Below are positions 27,490-36,558 of a DNA stretch of 64,000 nt, in pieces (the first letter of the stretch is position 1; each line of letters opens with the position of its first letter). The translations under genes and the position numbers were made by a program. Source of the DNA: a virus (taxonomy: Duplodnaviria; Caudoviricetes); the IMG/VR virus record IMGVR_UViG_3300049298_000033, positions 1 through 64,000 of that record; one strand, 5' to 3'. The notes under the pieces are model-generated. The model did no database searches. It had not been told where the DNA came from and saw only the letters and a program-made list of their open reading frames with translations.

Positions 27490-29067
27490 GTGACGCTCAA
27501 GCTGGTCGACTTTTTCTGTGGCGCCGGCGGATCCAGCCAAGGCGCCCACGCTGTGCCCGGCGTTGAGGTCGTTGCCGCCGCCAACCACTGGAAGAAAGCG
27601 CTCGAGACCCATGCCTTGAACTTCCCGGACACTCGCCACTACGAAGGCGACATCCGGGACATGGACATGACCGACTTTCCCCCTGGCGACCTTTTCTGGG
27701 CATCGCCGGAGTGTCCGAAATGGAGTAAATCGCGTGGCCGTAAGCGGGACTTCGACAACACGCTGCAGGGCACGCTCGAATACGAGGGCCTGGAACCGGT
27801 CACCGATGAGGAGGCCGCACGGTCCCGAGCCCTGATGGTGAATGTCCCCGACTACCTAGAGGCCATGGCGCTGCGCGGAAAGCCGGTCCAGGCCGGCGTC
27901 GTGGAGAACGTCACCGACTGCCGGGAGTGGGACCGCTGGGACTGGTGGATCGGCCGGATCCGGAACCTCGGCTACAACACCCGCGTCATCGCGCTCAACA
28001 GCATGCATGCCCGCCCGGTCGGCGTCCCCGCTGCGCCCCAAAGCCGCAACCGGCTGTACGTCGCGTACTGGCTGAAGTCCCTCGGTCGCGATCCGGACTG
28101 GAACAAATGGCTGCGACCCCGCGCGTACTGCCCAGGGTGTGACGAGCAGGTCAACGCGATGCAGGTGTTCAAGGATCCCCGCAAGGAGATGGGCGACTAC
28201 GGCGCCCAATACGTGTATCGATGCCCTCGGACGTCATGCCAGAACCGGATCATCGACCCGACCGTTCTGCCCGCCCTGGTGGCGATCGATTGGGATTTGC
28301 CCGGTACCCCGATCGGCAGCCGGAAGCAGACTGAGAAGAAGCCTGAAGGGCTGGCGCCGGCGACGATCGCGCGGATCCGCGCAGGGATCGCACGGTACGG
28401 AATGCCGGTGGTGTCGCCTTGCGGGGGCAGTTGGAACGTCGATGCGACTCCCGTCACGGACCCGTTGCGGACGCGCCTCACTCGCGAAAGCGACGGTGTG
28501 GCGGTTCCGCCGCTGCTCGTCCCGGTAGAGGGGCGTGAAGGCAAGGTTGCGTCGTCGGCGCATGCTCCGCTGCGCACACAGACGGCCCGGAACGAGACCG
28601 GCTTGGCCTATGGCCCGACGTGGCTGCCGTTCATTGCGGAGCTCCGCGGCGGCAGCTCGGATGCCCGCGCGGTCACCGAGGCTCTTGCGACCGTCACCGC
28701 ATCCGGCAATCACCACGGTTTGGTGACCGCTCCGCAGCGGGTGGCGTGGGAGCACCTGCTCATCCCGTACTACGGGAACGGCACCGCTCGCCGCGTGTCT
28801 GAGCCTGTTGGCACGGTCACGACGCGGGACCGCTGGTCGCTGGTATCAGGTACCGACAAGGTCGACATCGCCGAAGTTCTGTTCCGGATGCTCGAGCCGT
28901 ATGAGATCGGCAAAGCGATGGCGTTCACTGAGGGCTACCAAGTCGTCGGTAATCGGCGGCAGCGCGTGCGCATGTACGGGAATGCGGTCACGCCGCCGGT
29001 CGCGGAAGTCATTATCTCCGCTCTGGTGGAATCGATCAGTGGAGAAGACCTCGAGGTGGCTGCATGA
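27490..29067 (+). CDS. DNA (cytosine-5)-methyltransferase
   Basis: DFFCGAGG, ASPECP, VENV, QSRNR, YGNAVTPP. Confidence 0.93.
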   Translation: MTLKLVDFFCGAGGSSQGAHAVPGVEVVAAANHWKKALETHALNFPDTRHYEGDIRDMDMTDFPPGDLFWASPECPKWSKSRGRKRDFDNTLQGTLEYEGLEPVTDEEAARSRALMVNVPDYLEAMALRGKPVQAGVVENVTDCREWDRWDWWIGRIRNLGYNTRVIALNSMHARPVGVPAAPQSRNRLYVAYWLKSLGRDPDWNKWLRPRAYCPGCDEQVNAMQVFKDPRKEMGDYGAQYVYRCPRTSCQNRIIDPTVLPALVAIDWDLPGTPIGSRKQTEKKPEGLAPATIARIRAGIARYGMPVVSPCGGSWNVDATPVTDPLRTRLTRESDGVAVPPLLVPVEGREGKVASSAHAPLRTQTARNETGLAYGPTWLPFIAELRGGSSDARAVTEALATVTASGNHHGLVTAPQRVAWEHLLIPYYGNGTARRVSEPVGTVTTRDRWSLVSGTDKVDIAEVLFRMLEPYEIGKAMAFTEGYQVVGNRRQRVRMYGNAVTPPVAEVIISALVESISGEDLEVAA

Positions 29068-29369
29068 CGGCCGCCGACCCTTGCCGCGTCGTGAATCTCC
29101 TCGACGCTGCCGGCGACACGGCCTGGGAGTGCCGTGGCCGGGACCGGGCGATTCTCACCGCGCTGGCGGTCCTGCGTAAGGGCCCGGCGGGGGAGTCTGC
29201 AGCGGCGCTCGCGGCGTGGTGCCGCGCTGTGGACTTCGCTGGGCAGCCGTCCGAGCTCGCCGAGTTCCTCGCCGGCCGGTACCGGGACCGGGGCGATATC
29301 GCCCTGTCGCTGAAACGTGCCGCTGTCCTCACTGAGCAGGCGGCGCGCGAAACCCGAACGTCCGCATGA
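29064..29369 (+). CDS. Hypothetical protein
   Basis: ATGA coupling. Confidence 0.5.
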   Translation: MTAADPCRVVNLLDAAGDTAWECRGRDRAILTALAVLRKGPAGESAAALAAWCRAVDFAGQPSELAEFLAGRYRDRGDIALSLKRAAVLTEQAARETRTSA

Positions 29370-29420
29370 CTTCCCCTGCGCCTGGCCAGCACACCCCCAA
29401 CCATCAGACAGGAGACCTAG

Positions 29421-29942
29421 GTGACTGATCTTCAGGAAGTTGCGGCTAGGGCCGTTGCGAAGATACGAGCTAACTTCCCGGACCGGGATCTGGCGCAGCA
29501 GCAGGTGCTGTGCCTTGCCGAGGAAGCGGGGGAGTTCGTCGGCGCGTACCGCCGTTGGGCGGGCATGGCACGCCGTCAAGGCTCTTGGGCGGACGTGCGA
29601 GCCGAACTCGCGGACGTGGCGATCACCGCCTACGTCACCGCGCACGTCCTCGAAGTTGAGGATGCGCTGGAGGACTTCCGCGACTCACTGGGTAAGCCGA
29701 CCGCCCAAGACGAAGCCTGGCAGGTTCGGGCAGTGTTCCGTGCCGCAGCCGATCTCGTGGACGCGTTCGACCGCCCGGTGCCGAGCCGTTCGTTGTATGC
29801 GACGTGTCTGGCCGCGGTCGTGAACGTCGCGTATGTGACCGCACGGGTGCTGGATTTCAACCTGGATGCGGCGGTGGCGGAGAAGGCTGAGGCGATCTTC
29901 TCGCGGGGCTGGCGGGACAAGCCCGTAGAGGTGGCCCAATGA
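29421..29942 (+). CDS. MazG-like NTP pyrophosphohydrolase
   Basis: LAEEAGE..AELADV. Confidence 0.85.
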   Translation: MTDLQEVAARAVAKIRANFPDRDLAQQQVLCLAEEAGEFVGAYRRWAGMARRQGSWADVRAELADVAITAYVTAHVLEVEDALEDFRDSLGKPTAQDEAWQVRAVFRAAADLVDAFDRPVPSRSLYATCLAAVVNVAYVTARVLDFNLDAAVAEKAEAIFSRGWRDKPVEVAQ

Positions 29943-30412
29943 AGGCCCTGTCCATACGTCAGCCCTGGACGGCGATGATCGTCCATGGCCAGAAGCGCAT
30001 CGAGAACAGGTCCCGTCGGACGCACTACCGCGGGCTCATCGCCCTGCACGCCAGCGGCAAGGATCGTTGGGATCCGGCGAGTCAATCCAGCGATGTTGTC
30101 TACGAGGAGTGGTGTCGTCTCGGTTGGGCTGGCACGCCAAACCGGGATGGCGAGTACATCACCTACGGGGCGGTGCTCGGCGTCGCCGAGATTGTGGACG
30201 TGTGCGACGCCCGGCTCCAACCGCTCTTCAGCAGCGAGCGCCGCTGCCAATGCAGCCGATGGGCGGCGTCTAGCCAGGCGCACTGGCACCTCGCCAATGT
30301 GCGCGTTCTCGCTGAGCCTGTCCCATGTAAGGGCGCTCTCGGTTTGTGGACGCTCCCAAACGACGTAGAGGCCGCTGTGGTGGCTCAACTGGGGGAGCGG
30401 ACCGATGCCTGA
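29939..30412 (+). CDS. ASCH domain protein
   Basis: KALSIRQPW..GQKRIENR..RG.IALHA..GAVLG..KGALGLW. Confidence 0.92.
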   Translation: MKALSIRQPWTAMIVHGQKRIENRSRRTHYRGLIALHASGKDRWDPASQSSDVVYEEWCRLGWAGTPNRDGEYITYGAVLGVAEIVDVCDARLQPLFSSERRCQCSRWAASSQAHWHLANVRVLAEPVPCKGALGLWTLPNDVEAAVVAQLGERTDA

Positions 30413-30821
30413 CACCTGCCTGTTCTGCGACCCGAGCCGCTCCAAGATCCTGTGCCAGAACACCCGTTTCTACGCCCGCTACGACGAGTTCCCGGCCACA
30501 CCGGGGCACGTGGAGATCGTCCCGAAACGGCATGTGCTGAGCATCTGGGATCTCACCGAGCCGGAGATGGCTGCCGCGTGGCGTCTCGCTGCGACTGCCG
30601 CGGGGCTTATCGCGGCCGAGCACCGGCCGGACGGCTGGAACATCGGCGTCAACGACGGCGCCGCAGCCGGCCGAACGATTCATCATCTCCACATCCATTT
30701 GATCCCACGCTATGCCGGTGATCAGCCGGATCCGCGTGGTGGGATACGCCGCGGCCTGCCGAACGGTGACCCGGACGTATGGGCCAGTGACATCGAACAG
30801 GAGGCCCGCTATGGCCAGTGA
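30405..30821 (+). CDS. HIT-family hydrolase
   Basis: CLFC..PATPGH..PKRH..NIGVNDG..AG.TIHHLHIHLIPR. Confidence 0.95.
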   Translation: MPDTCLFCDPSRSKILCQNTRFYARYDEFPATPGHVEIVPKRHVLSIWDLTEPEMAAAWRLAATAAGLIAAEHRPDGWNIGVNDGAAAGRTIHHLHIHLIPRYAGDQPDPRGGIRRGLPNGDPDVWASDIEQEARYGQ

Positions 30822-31605
30822 CCGCACGATGCTTGGCGACAGGATGAAACAGTACGAGGCGGCCACTCGGTCAACCCTCCCGCGGCGGACGTTCACTGTC
30901 ATCCGGGTTGATGGTCGCTGCTTCAGTTCATTCCTCCGCCGCGCAGATAAGCCGTTCGACGCCACGGTCATAACGGCGATGGATGCGGTCACGGCAGCGC
31001 TGTGCAAGGAGATCTCCGGGGCGGTCTTCGGATACGCCCAATCCGACGAAGCGTCGATCCTGCTGACGGACTTCGCCGCGCCCGGCACACAGCCATGGTT
31101 CGCAGGCGGTGTGCAGAAGATGGCGTCCATCGCCGCATCGGTGGCAACGGTCGCGTTCAACGATGCCTACCCCGGATCAGGCCGTGCGCTGTTCGATGCC
31201 CGCGTTTTCACCATCCCTGATCCGGTAGAGGTTGCGAACTACTTCCTGTGGCGGCAACGCGACTGCGTCCGCAACTCGATCTCCGTGGCCGCGCAAGCCC
31301 ACTTCTCCCACAAGCGTCTGCACCGGGTGAACACCGATCAGATGCAGGAGCTTCTTTGGCGGGAGAAGGGCGTCAACTGGAATGACTACCCGGCCGGTTG
31401 CAAGCGCGGACGTGTGGTCACGCGGAAGACTGGCGAGCGTCCGGTGACGTACACGGACCGCCGCACGCAGGAGGAGGTCTCGACGGTCGCGATGAGGTCG
31501 TGGTGGGAGACCGAGCCCGCGCCGCACTTCACCGCCGCTGAGGACGGCTGGCTTGCGCAGATGATCCCTGTGATCCCTTCTCTCGATGCGAGGAGGTCCG
31601 CGTGA
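30811..31605 (+). CDS. Thg1-like 3'-5' nucleotidyltransferase (tRNA-His guanylyltransferase family)
   Basis: RMKQYE, IRVDGR.F, KPFD, YAQSDE, QKMAS, FDAR, YFLWRQ.D..RNS, KGVNW; metal-binding acidic residues intact. Confidence 0.93.
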   Translation: MASDRTMLGDRMKQYEAATRSTLPRRTFTVIRVDGRCFSSFLRRADKPFDATVITAMDAVTAALCKEISGAVFGYAQSDEASILLTDFAAPGTQPWFAGGVQKMASIAASVATVAFNDAYPGSGRALFDARVFTIPDPVEVANYFLWRQRDCVRNSISVAAQAHFSHKRLHRVNTDQMQELLWREKGVNWNDYPAGCKRGRVVTRKTGERPVTYTDRRTQEEVSTVAMRSWWETEPAPHFTAAEDGWLAQMIPVIPSLDARRSA

Positions 31606-31961
31606 CCGCCGTTCATGAGTACCTGTCTACGGCCTGCTGGCATGAGCTGAACGACGACAGGCCCGCTCTCCATGCCAAGTGCAGAGCTTCGTGTAAGTAC
31701 GGGGAGAACGGCCCGGAGTTCTGTCGTTGTCCGAACCACACGGAGGATGAGCTGAAGGCATCTCCGGTGTCCTGGGTGGACCAGGCTCGTGGGATCGCTC
31801 TTCGCCTCCTTGCTGTGTGCGATGCAGTGGGCGTGGACCTAGCGGCTGAGGATCGGCATCTGGCGCGGGCGATCGCTGAGGACCCTGCCCTGTTCTGGCT
31901 CCGCGGCGAGGAACAGCCACCGGGGGAGTGGCGGGACACGAGCGGGGAGGCCAGAGATTGA
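31602..31961 (+). CDS. Cys/His-rich hypothetical protein
   Basis: HEYLSTACWH..C..C..CRC..H; GAGGAGG RBS. Confidence 0.65.
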   Translation: MTAVHEYLSTACWHELNDDRPALHAKCRASCKYGENGPEFCRCPNHTEDELKASPVSWVDQARGIALRLLAVCDAVGVDLAAEDRHLARAIAEDPALFWLRGEEQPPGEWRDTSGEARD

Positions 31962-32269
31962 CCGCCGTGATCCCCGCCGATATGGAGCCCGTGTGGGTCG
32001 GTGATTCGAGTACCCGCGAATGGGATGCGATCTGGGCCGACCGGGACTACTACGAGCAGCTGATTGAGTGGCTCCGGAGCGAGGGCTTCGACGAGAAGAT
32101 CACGTATCGCGTTGAGGTCTACCTGGTTGATGCCCCGTTCGCGAAGGTCTTCCAGTACGCCACCGACGATGACGGCGATATCAAGCTGAACGAGGCGGGC
32201 GATGACGTGGAGCTGGTCACTCGGACCGTGCTGCTGTCATCGCTGCCGCCGGCGAAGGAGGCGGCGTGA
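31958..32269 (+). CDS. Hypothetical protein
   Basis: TTGA coupling; acidic. Confidence 0.55.
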   Translation: MTAVIPADMEPVWVGDSSTREWDAIWADRDYYEQLIEWLRSEGFDEKITYRVEVYLVDAPFAKVFQYATDDDGDIKLNEAGDDVELVTRTVLLSSLPPAKEAA

Positions 32270-32544
32270 TCCGACGTCGGAAAGATCGCGCTTGTGATGC
32301 GGAAACCCGTGAGCGGCAGGTTGCTGAGCTTGAAGAGCGCGAAGAACGAGACCGCCACGACGAAGCCGACGACCTCGCCCGCCGAATCGCCGTAGCCGAA
32401 TGCGCCCGCCACGACCACGTTGAACCCGATGACGGCCCGCTCGCGGACACCGTCGACATCACCGCATGGGGCTTGACTACGCCGATCCGTATCGGCCCGC
32501 ACTGTGCTCGCTGCGGAGCCAATCTCAGCAAGGAGACGACGTGA
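32266..32544 (+). CDS. Hypothetical protein
   Basis: Coupled; C-terminal CARCG. Confidence 0.55.
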   Translation: MIRRRKDRACDAETRERQVAELEEREERDRHDEADDLARRIAVAECARHDHVEPDDGPLADTVDITAWGLTTPIRIGPHCARCGANLSKETT

Positions 32545-32708
32545 CCACCACGAAGACCGCGGAGGCTGAAGACCAGAAAGCGATGACGCTCGGAGAGCTC
32601 GAACGGTTCATCGAGCAGGCCCGGATCGTCGGCCTCGATGGGGACGCGAAGGTCACGGCGACGCTTTCGTGGCGTGGGGCGATCAAGAAGATCACGGCTG
32701 TCGGCTGA
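32541..32708 (+). CDS. Small hypothetical protein
   Basis: AAGGAG RBS; MTLGELERF. Confidence 0.6.
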   Translation: MTTTKTAEAEDQKAMTLGELERFIEQARIVGLDGDAKVTATLSWRGAIKKITAVG

Positions 32709-32738
32709 CCCGTGACGGGTCTCTACGAAGGGGGAGCT

Positions 32739-33590
32739 ATGACGCGTTGGATCCACTCGGACCCGAATGCGGATGACGGCTACTGGTCTGGGGAGGGCGC
32801 TCAGCGGCCGTGCGCGCGGGGGAAGTGGTGCGCGAGCAAAGACTTCAACGGGGAGCCGGTGCTCGGCCCACGCGCCCTGTGCAGCGCGGACCGAGACCAT
32901 CTCGTATCGGCGCTGGAGAAACTCCCGGAGATGTACCTGGAGCTCTACCTGATCCTCGGCGAACGCGGCTCTGGGGCTGATGGGCCGCGCGTGTCTGGTG
33001 GCGCGAAGACCCCACCGATCCCGTGGCGGCCGGACGTCAACGCACTGATGGTCCGGATCGTAGAGGAGTTGTCCTCCTGGGAGTGGCGTGTCCGCGAGGT
33101 CGCCCGCCTCGACATCACCGGCATGGAGATGCCACGCCGCGACAGCGTTGCGATGTCCACGGCCTGCCGAACCCTCGCCACACACGTGGACGTACTGCTG
33201 GCGCTCACACCGGAGCCAATGAACCGGACCGTCGGCGAGAGCGTAGTGGCGTCCCTCCCGGACGATGCGGAGGGGAACGTCCGGCCGGCCGGGTGGGCGA
33301 TCCTCCGTAAGGAGCTCGGGGGAGCGGACGCGGCGGTGGAGATCTTCACGCTGCTGGAGAAGTGCAAGTCGAAGCTGGGGTGGCGGGCCCAGCATGAGGA
33401 TCTGTTGTCGCCGTGCTGGAACGAGGAGTGCGAGCAGAGGATGCTGCGCCGCTGGGACGGGTCTACGGGGCTCGATGACTTCGTTGAGTGCCGTAACTGC
33501 GGCTGGCGGTATGAGGGGGAGCAGTTGCAGGGGCTGATGGTGGAAGAAGAGCTCGCCCAGCAGCGCCGCCACCAGAAGGAGGCGTCGTGA
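32739..33590 (+). CDS. Cys-rich protein, possible late-gene regulator
   Basis: LC..D..L..LP.MY..L..PPIP..PC....C..C..CG; regulatory role inferred from position only. Confidence 0.6.
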   Translation: MTRWIHSDPNADDGYWSGEGAQRPCARGKWCASKDFNGEPVLGPRALCSADRDHLVSALEKLPEMYLELYLILGERGSGADGPRVSGGAKTPPIPWRPDVNALMVRIVEELSSWEWRVREVARLDITGMEMPRRDSVAMSTACRTLATHVDVLLALTPEPMNRTVGESVVASLPDDAEGNVRPAGWAILRKELGGADAAVEIFTLLEKCKSKLGWRAQHEDLLSPCWNEECEQRMLRRWDGSTGLDDFVECRNCGWRYEGEQLQGLMVEEELAQQRRHQKEAS

Positions 33591-34102
33591 GGGACTCCAC
33601 GGACAAGGTGCTCACATCGATCGATGAGGCCCTCGACGACTACATCACCTGGGACGGAGACAGCGATGACGCACTGTCCTGGGAAGCGAACCCGGCCGAG
33701 CCGTTCGATGAGGACGCCTGGCTTCAGGACGGCGTGATCGACGAAGGGGAGATCGACGCTGACATCCAGGTCGTGAGGATCTGCGCGGACCTCGGTCGTC
33801 GGTCGGTCGCCTGGTCAGCCGATCCGGAAGCGATGGCGCGTTCGGTGAGTGTGATCAGTGATGCCATGCGTCTTCAGGTTGAGTCGCTGAAGAGCGCATT
33901 CATGTCGATCGGCAAGATGGTCATCAAGACGATCGAGGCTAACCATCCCAGCTTCGCCCGCATGACGATGGGCGACGACTATCGGCGACACCGCCGGGCC
34001 TGCCGTCTCTGCAACCCGTCCGGGAACCCGAAACCGCTCAAGGTGAACGGCGCGGAATACCGGCGGCGGACGCGCTCCAGGAGGCGCAAGAACCAGCGAT
34101 GA
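33587..34102 (+). CDS. Hypothetical protein
   Basis: GGAGG RBS; acidic N-terminus, basic C-terminus. Confidence 0.6.
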   Translation: MRDSTDKVLTSIDEALDDYITWDGDSDDALSWEANPAEPFDEDAWLQDGVIDEGEIDADIQVVRICADLGRRSVAWSADPEAMARSVSVISDAMRLQVESLKSAFMSIGKMVIKTIEANHPSFARMTMGDDYRRHRRACRLCNPSGNPKPLKVNGAEYRRRTRSRRRKNQR

Positions 34103-34290
34103 CGTGGGATAATGGCGGTATCCCTTCCCGCTTTCGACCTCCCTCGGATATCTCCATGCCTGCTCTTCGCTGCGTCTTTTCCCGTCTCCACCGTCGCTCC
34201 GCTGCCGCTGAGCCGTGGCAGTGGGAGCGGCTCGCCACCCCTGAAGAGATCGAAGCGTTGACCCGAACCGACCTTTGGAAGGCAGCATGA
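34099..34290 (+). CDS. Small hypothetical protein
   Basis: ATGA coupling on both sides. Confidence 0.45.
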   Translation: MTWDNGGIPSRFRPPSDISMPALRCVFSRLHRRSAAAEPWQWERLATPEEIEALTRTDLWKAA

Positions 34291-34625
34291 ACGAGACCCG
34301 CGAGCCTGCATGTGACGGCGCCGACACGCTGGAAACCGTCGCCCGCTGGGAACTCCTCTGCCTCTGGAGCGACCTGAACGACGCTCGTCACTCCGCGATC
34401 CGCGACTCGTGGTCGATGACGTGCGACGACCTGGTGGACCGGATCAAGTTGTTCACGCAGCAGGTCGGCCCGACGCCGTGGGAGGAGATCGACATCGGTC
34501 TGCTGGAGGACGGGATCTATCAGCGTGTCCATGCGGAGATGGGTGTCACCGTTGATGTGGACATGGCGTCGGTCGCCGAGACGCGCGCCAACATCGAGGC
34601 GCGCATGGGCCGACTTCGCTCCTGA
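34287..34625 (+). CDS. Hypothetical protein, paralog A
   Basis: Shares LW.DL, SM.C, VGP.P, G.Y..VHAE.G.T with 34961-35284. Confidence 0.7.
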   Translation: MNETREPACDGADTLETVARWELLCLWSDLNDARHSAIRDSWSMTCDDLVDRIKLFTQQVGPTPWEEIDIGLLEDGIYQRVHAEMGVTVDVDMASVAETRANIEARMGRLRS

Positions 34626-34667
34626 AGAGATCACCGAACTGACCAAGACGGACGTGAGGAGAGCGGC

Positions 34668-34964
34668 GTGAGCAGCATTGAACGCGTGCAGACGAAGATG
34701 ACATGCACCCCAGCCGAGCTGGAGTCCTGGGCGCGACGGGCCAGGGCTGACGAGATGATCGAGATCGCCGCCCACGTCATCCATACCGGGCTACGGCGCC
34801 TACCGCCGTGCATGGGCTGCGACGCTCCCGTGAGCGAATGTCCAGAGGGCGCTCTGATGGTGGACACGGTGGCGCAGACCGCCACGTTCCGGCCCTGCGG
34901 ATGCGTCCTGGCCATCGTGAAGTCGCCCGAGAGGCCACTTCGCGGAGAGGAACAGCAACCGTGA
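34668..34964 (+). CDS. Hypothetical Zn-ribbon protein
   Basis: CMGC..PCGC; GAGGAG RBS. Confidence 0.55.
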   Translation: MSSIERVQTKMTCTPAELESWARRARADEMIEIAAHVIHTGLRRLPPCMGCDAPVSECPEGALMVDTVAQTATFRPCGCVLAIVKSPERPLRGEEQQP

Positions 34965-35284
34965 GCGAACCCGCGACGGAGCAGTACATGCAGGCTCTAC
35001 GGGACGAGGTGGAGCACCTGTGGGGCGACCTCGCCGAGGACTACCGGATGAGCCGGACGACTCCGCCTGAGCGGTCCATGGGCTGCCTTGGGCGGATCGA
35101 ACGCATCCAGACGATCACGAATCTCGTCGGCCCGTGCCCGCCAACCAAGATTCAGTACCCGTTCCTGCTGTCTGGCATGTACATGAAGGTCCATGCGGAG
35201 ATCGGCATCACCGCCACGGTTCCCGAGGAGATACTGCGGTCGGCGCGGGAGTACGTAGCCAAGTCGAAGAGGATGGCCGGATGA
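34961..35284 (+). CDS. Hypothetical protein, paralog B
   Basis: Same motifs as 34287-34625. Confidence 0.7.
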   Translation: MSEPATEQYMQALRDEVEHLWGDLAEDYRMSRTTPPERSMGCLGRIERIQTITNLVGPCPPTKIQYPFLLSGMYMKVHAEIGITATVPEEILRSAREYVAKSKRMAG

Positions 35285-35721
35285 GCGAGATCACTGACTT
35301 CATCAAGGCTCAGTACGACCGCATCGAGAAGCGCGAGCACGGTCGCTACGTGGTCCGCTACCCGCTGAAGGCTCTCTGTCCGGTGTGTTCCGATCGGCCG
35401 GAAGGGTTCGAGAGCGGTCGCGTAGGCGTCGATGAGATTCGGCTAGATCCGTGTGGTCACGCGATCCCTAACGACCAGTTCGTGGAGTTGTACGCCGAGA
35501 GCAACCCGGACCTGTTTGTCCTCGCCGATATCGAGTCCAAGCGGCGGATCCTCAATAAGGTCGTGGATGAAGCCACCAGCCTTGACATGTCTGTCGACAA
35601 CGATCGCCGCGTCGGGCCTCGGGACGAAGTAGCCGGGCCGTACCTAGGCGACAAGCTGCTCCGTCTCCTCGCTGCTCCGTTCTCTGCCGAACCCGGCTAC
35701 GACGACAGGTGGGCGGCATGA
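35281..35721 (+). CDS. DUF6221-like protein
   Basis: ITDFIKA..VLADIESKRRI..LRLLAAPF..PGYDDRW. Confidence 0.7.
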   Translation: MSEITDFIKAQYDRIEKREHGRYVVRYPLKALCPVCSDRPEGFESGRVGVDEIRLDPCGHAIPNDQFVELYAESNPDLFVLADIESKRRILNKVVDEATSLDMSVDNDRRVGPRDEVAGPYLGDKLLRLLAAPFSAEPGYDDRWAA

Positions 35722-35927
35722 AGAGTGACGGCTTCATCTATAGTTCCCGCACGATGCGTGGGCGCCTGTCCCATCTGCTACGCGCCGTCGCCGACCGGAT
35801 CAATCCGAGCGTCTACGACTTCCATGAGTCCGAGGCAGATACTGAGGCCCGTAGGCGGATTTATCGAGACCTTGAACTGGACTTGCGAGCGAGCGAAGCG
35901 GCCCGACCGATCGGCCGGCGGCGCTGA
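35718..35927 (+). CDS. Hypothetical protein
   Basis: ATGA coupling. Confidence 0.5.
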   Translation: MKSDGFIYSSRTMRGRLSHLLRAVADRINPSVYDFHESEADTEARRRIYRDLELDLRASEAARPIGRRR

Positions 35928-36022
35928 ACGACTTCGGCTGGACGTAATCCACAGTCCGACGCGGTGTCTAGCAACTGTCAGCCCCTCAGAGAACAATGGT
36001 CTCCGTGACTTCCCAAGCGATC

Positions 36023-36151
36023 GTGATTGAGGACGGTTGCGTCCGCCCGCCCCGCCTAGACGAGCACCTCGTCCACCTGGAGGACGGCCGGTGGGTATGT
36101 GTCCTCGGCGAGCACGCAGGCATGGACTGCCAAGTGGACCTCGCGGCCTGA
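36023..36151 (+). CDS. Possible 42-aa Cys/His peptide
   Basis: MIEDGCVRPPRLDEHLVHLEDGRWVCVLGEHAGMDCQVDLAA; no clear RBS. Confidence 0.3.
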   Translation: MIEDGCVRPPRLDEHLVHLEDGRWVCVLGEHAGMDCQVDLAA

Positions 36152-36227
36152 CCGCTGAGACAGGTGTGTCGCAATTGGACAATGCGGCCACCTGCATGCA
36201 AAGATTCGAAACAACATCGAGATTTCT

Positions 36228-36262
36228 GCCTCCGCATCGCATCCGCGCGCGGGGGCTTTCGT
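36228..36262 (+). terminator. Terminator-like hairpin before HTH gene
   Basis: GCCTCCGC/GCGGGGGC followed by TTTCGT. Confidence 0.4.
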
Positions 36263-36279
36263 CATATCTGGGGGTGCTC

Positions 36280-36546
36280 ATGCTCCCCGCTTTCGATCGC
36301 ACGACAGCCGAAGCAGCAGCCGAACGTCTCGGCCGCGCACCCGGAACCATCCACTGCTGGGGCACCCGCTACCGCGCCCGCAAGCTCCGCATCCGTGGAC
36401 GCGTCTACTACGACTACCGGGATCTCGCGGTCATCGAACGCGAGCTCCGCCACGGCCATCCGGTCCCCGAGACCCCTGAAGCGCGTGCCGAGATCAGTCA
36501 GCGTTGCCCTCTGCGTGCCGCTGAGCGCCTCGCTGCCGCTGCATAA
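36280..36546 (+). CDS. HTH DNA-binding protein (MerR/Xis-like)
   Basis: TTAEAAAERLGRAPGTIHCW..RVYYDYRDL. Confidence 0.7.
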   Translation: MLPAFDRTTAEAAAERLGRAPGTIHCWGTRYRARKLRIRGRVYYDYRDLAVIERELRHGHPVPETPEARAEISQRCPLRAAERLAAAA

Positions 36547-36558
36547 CACCCCTTAGAC

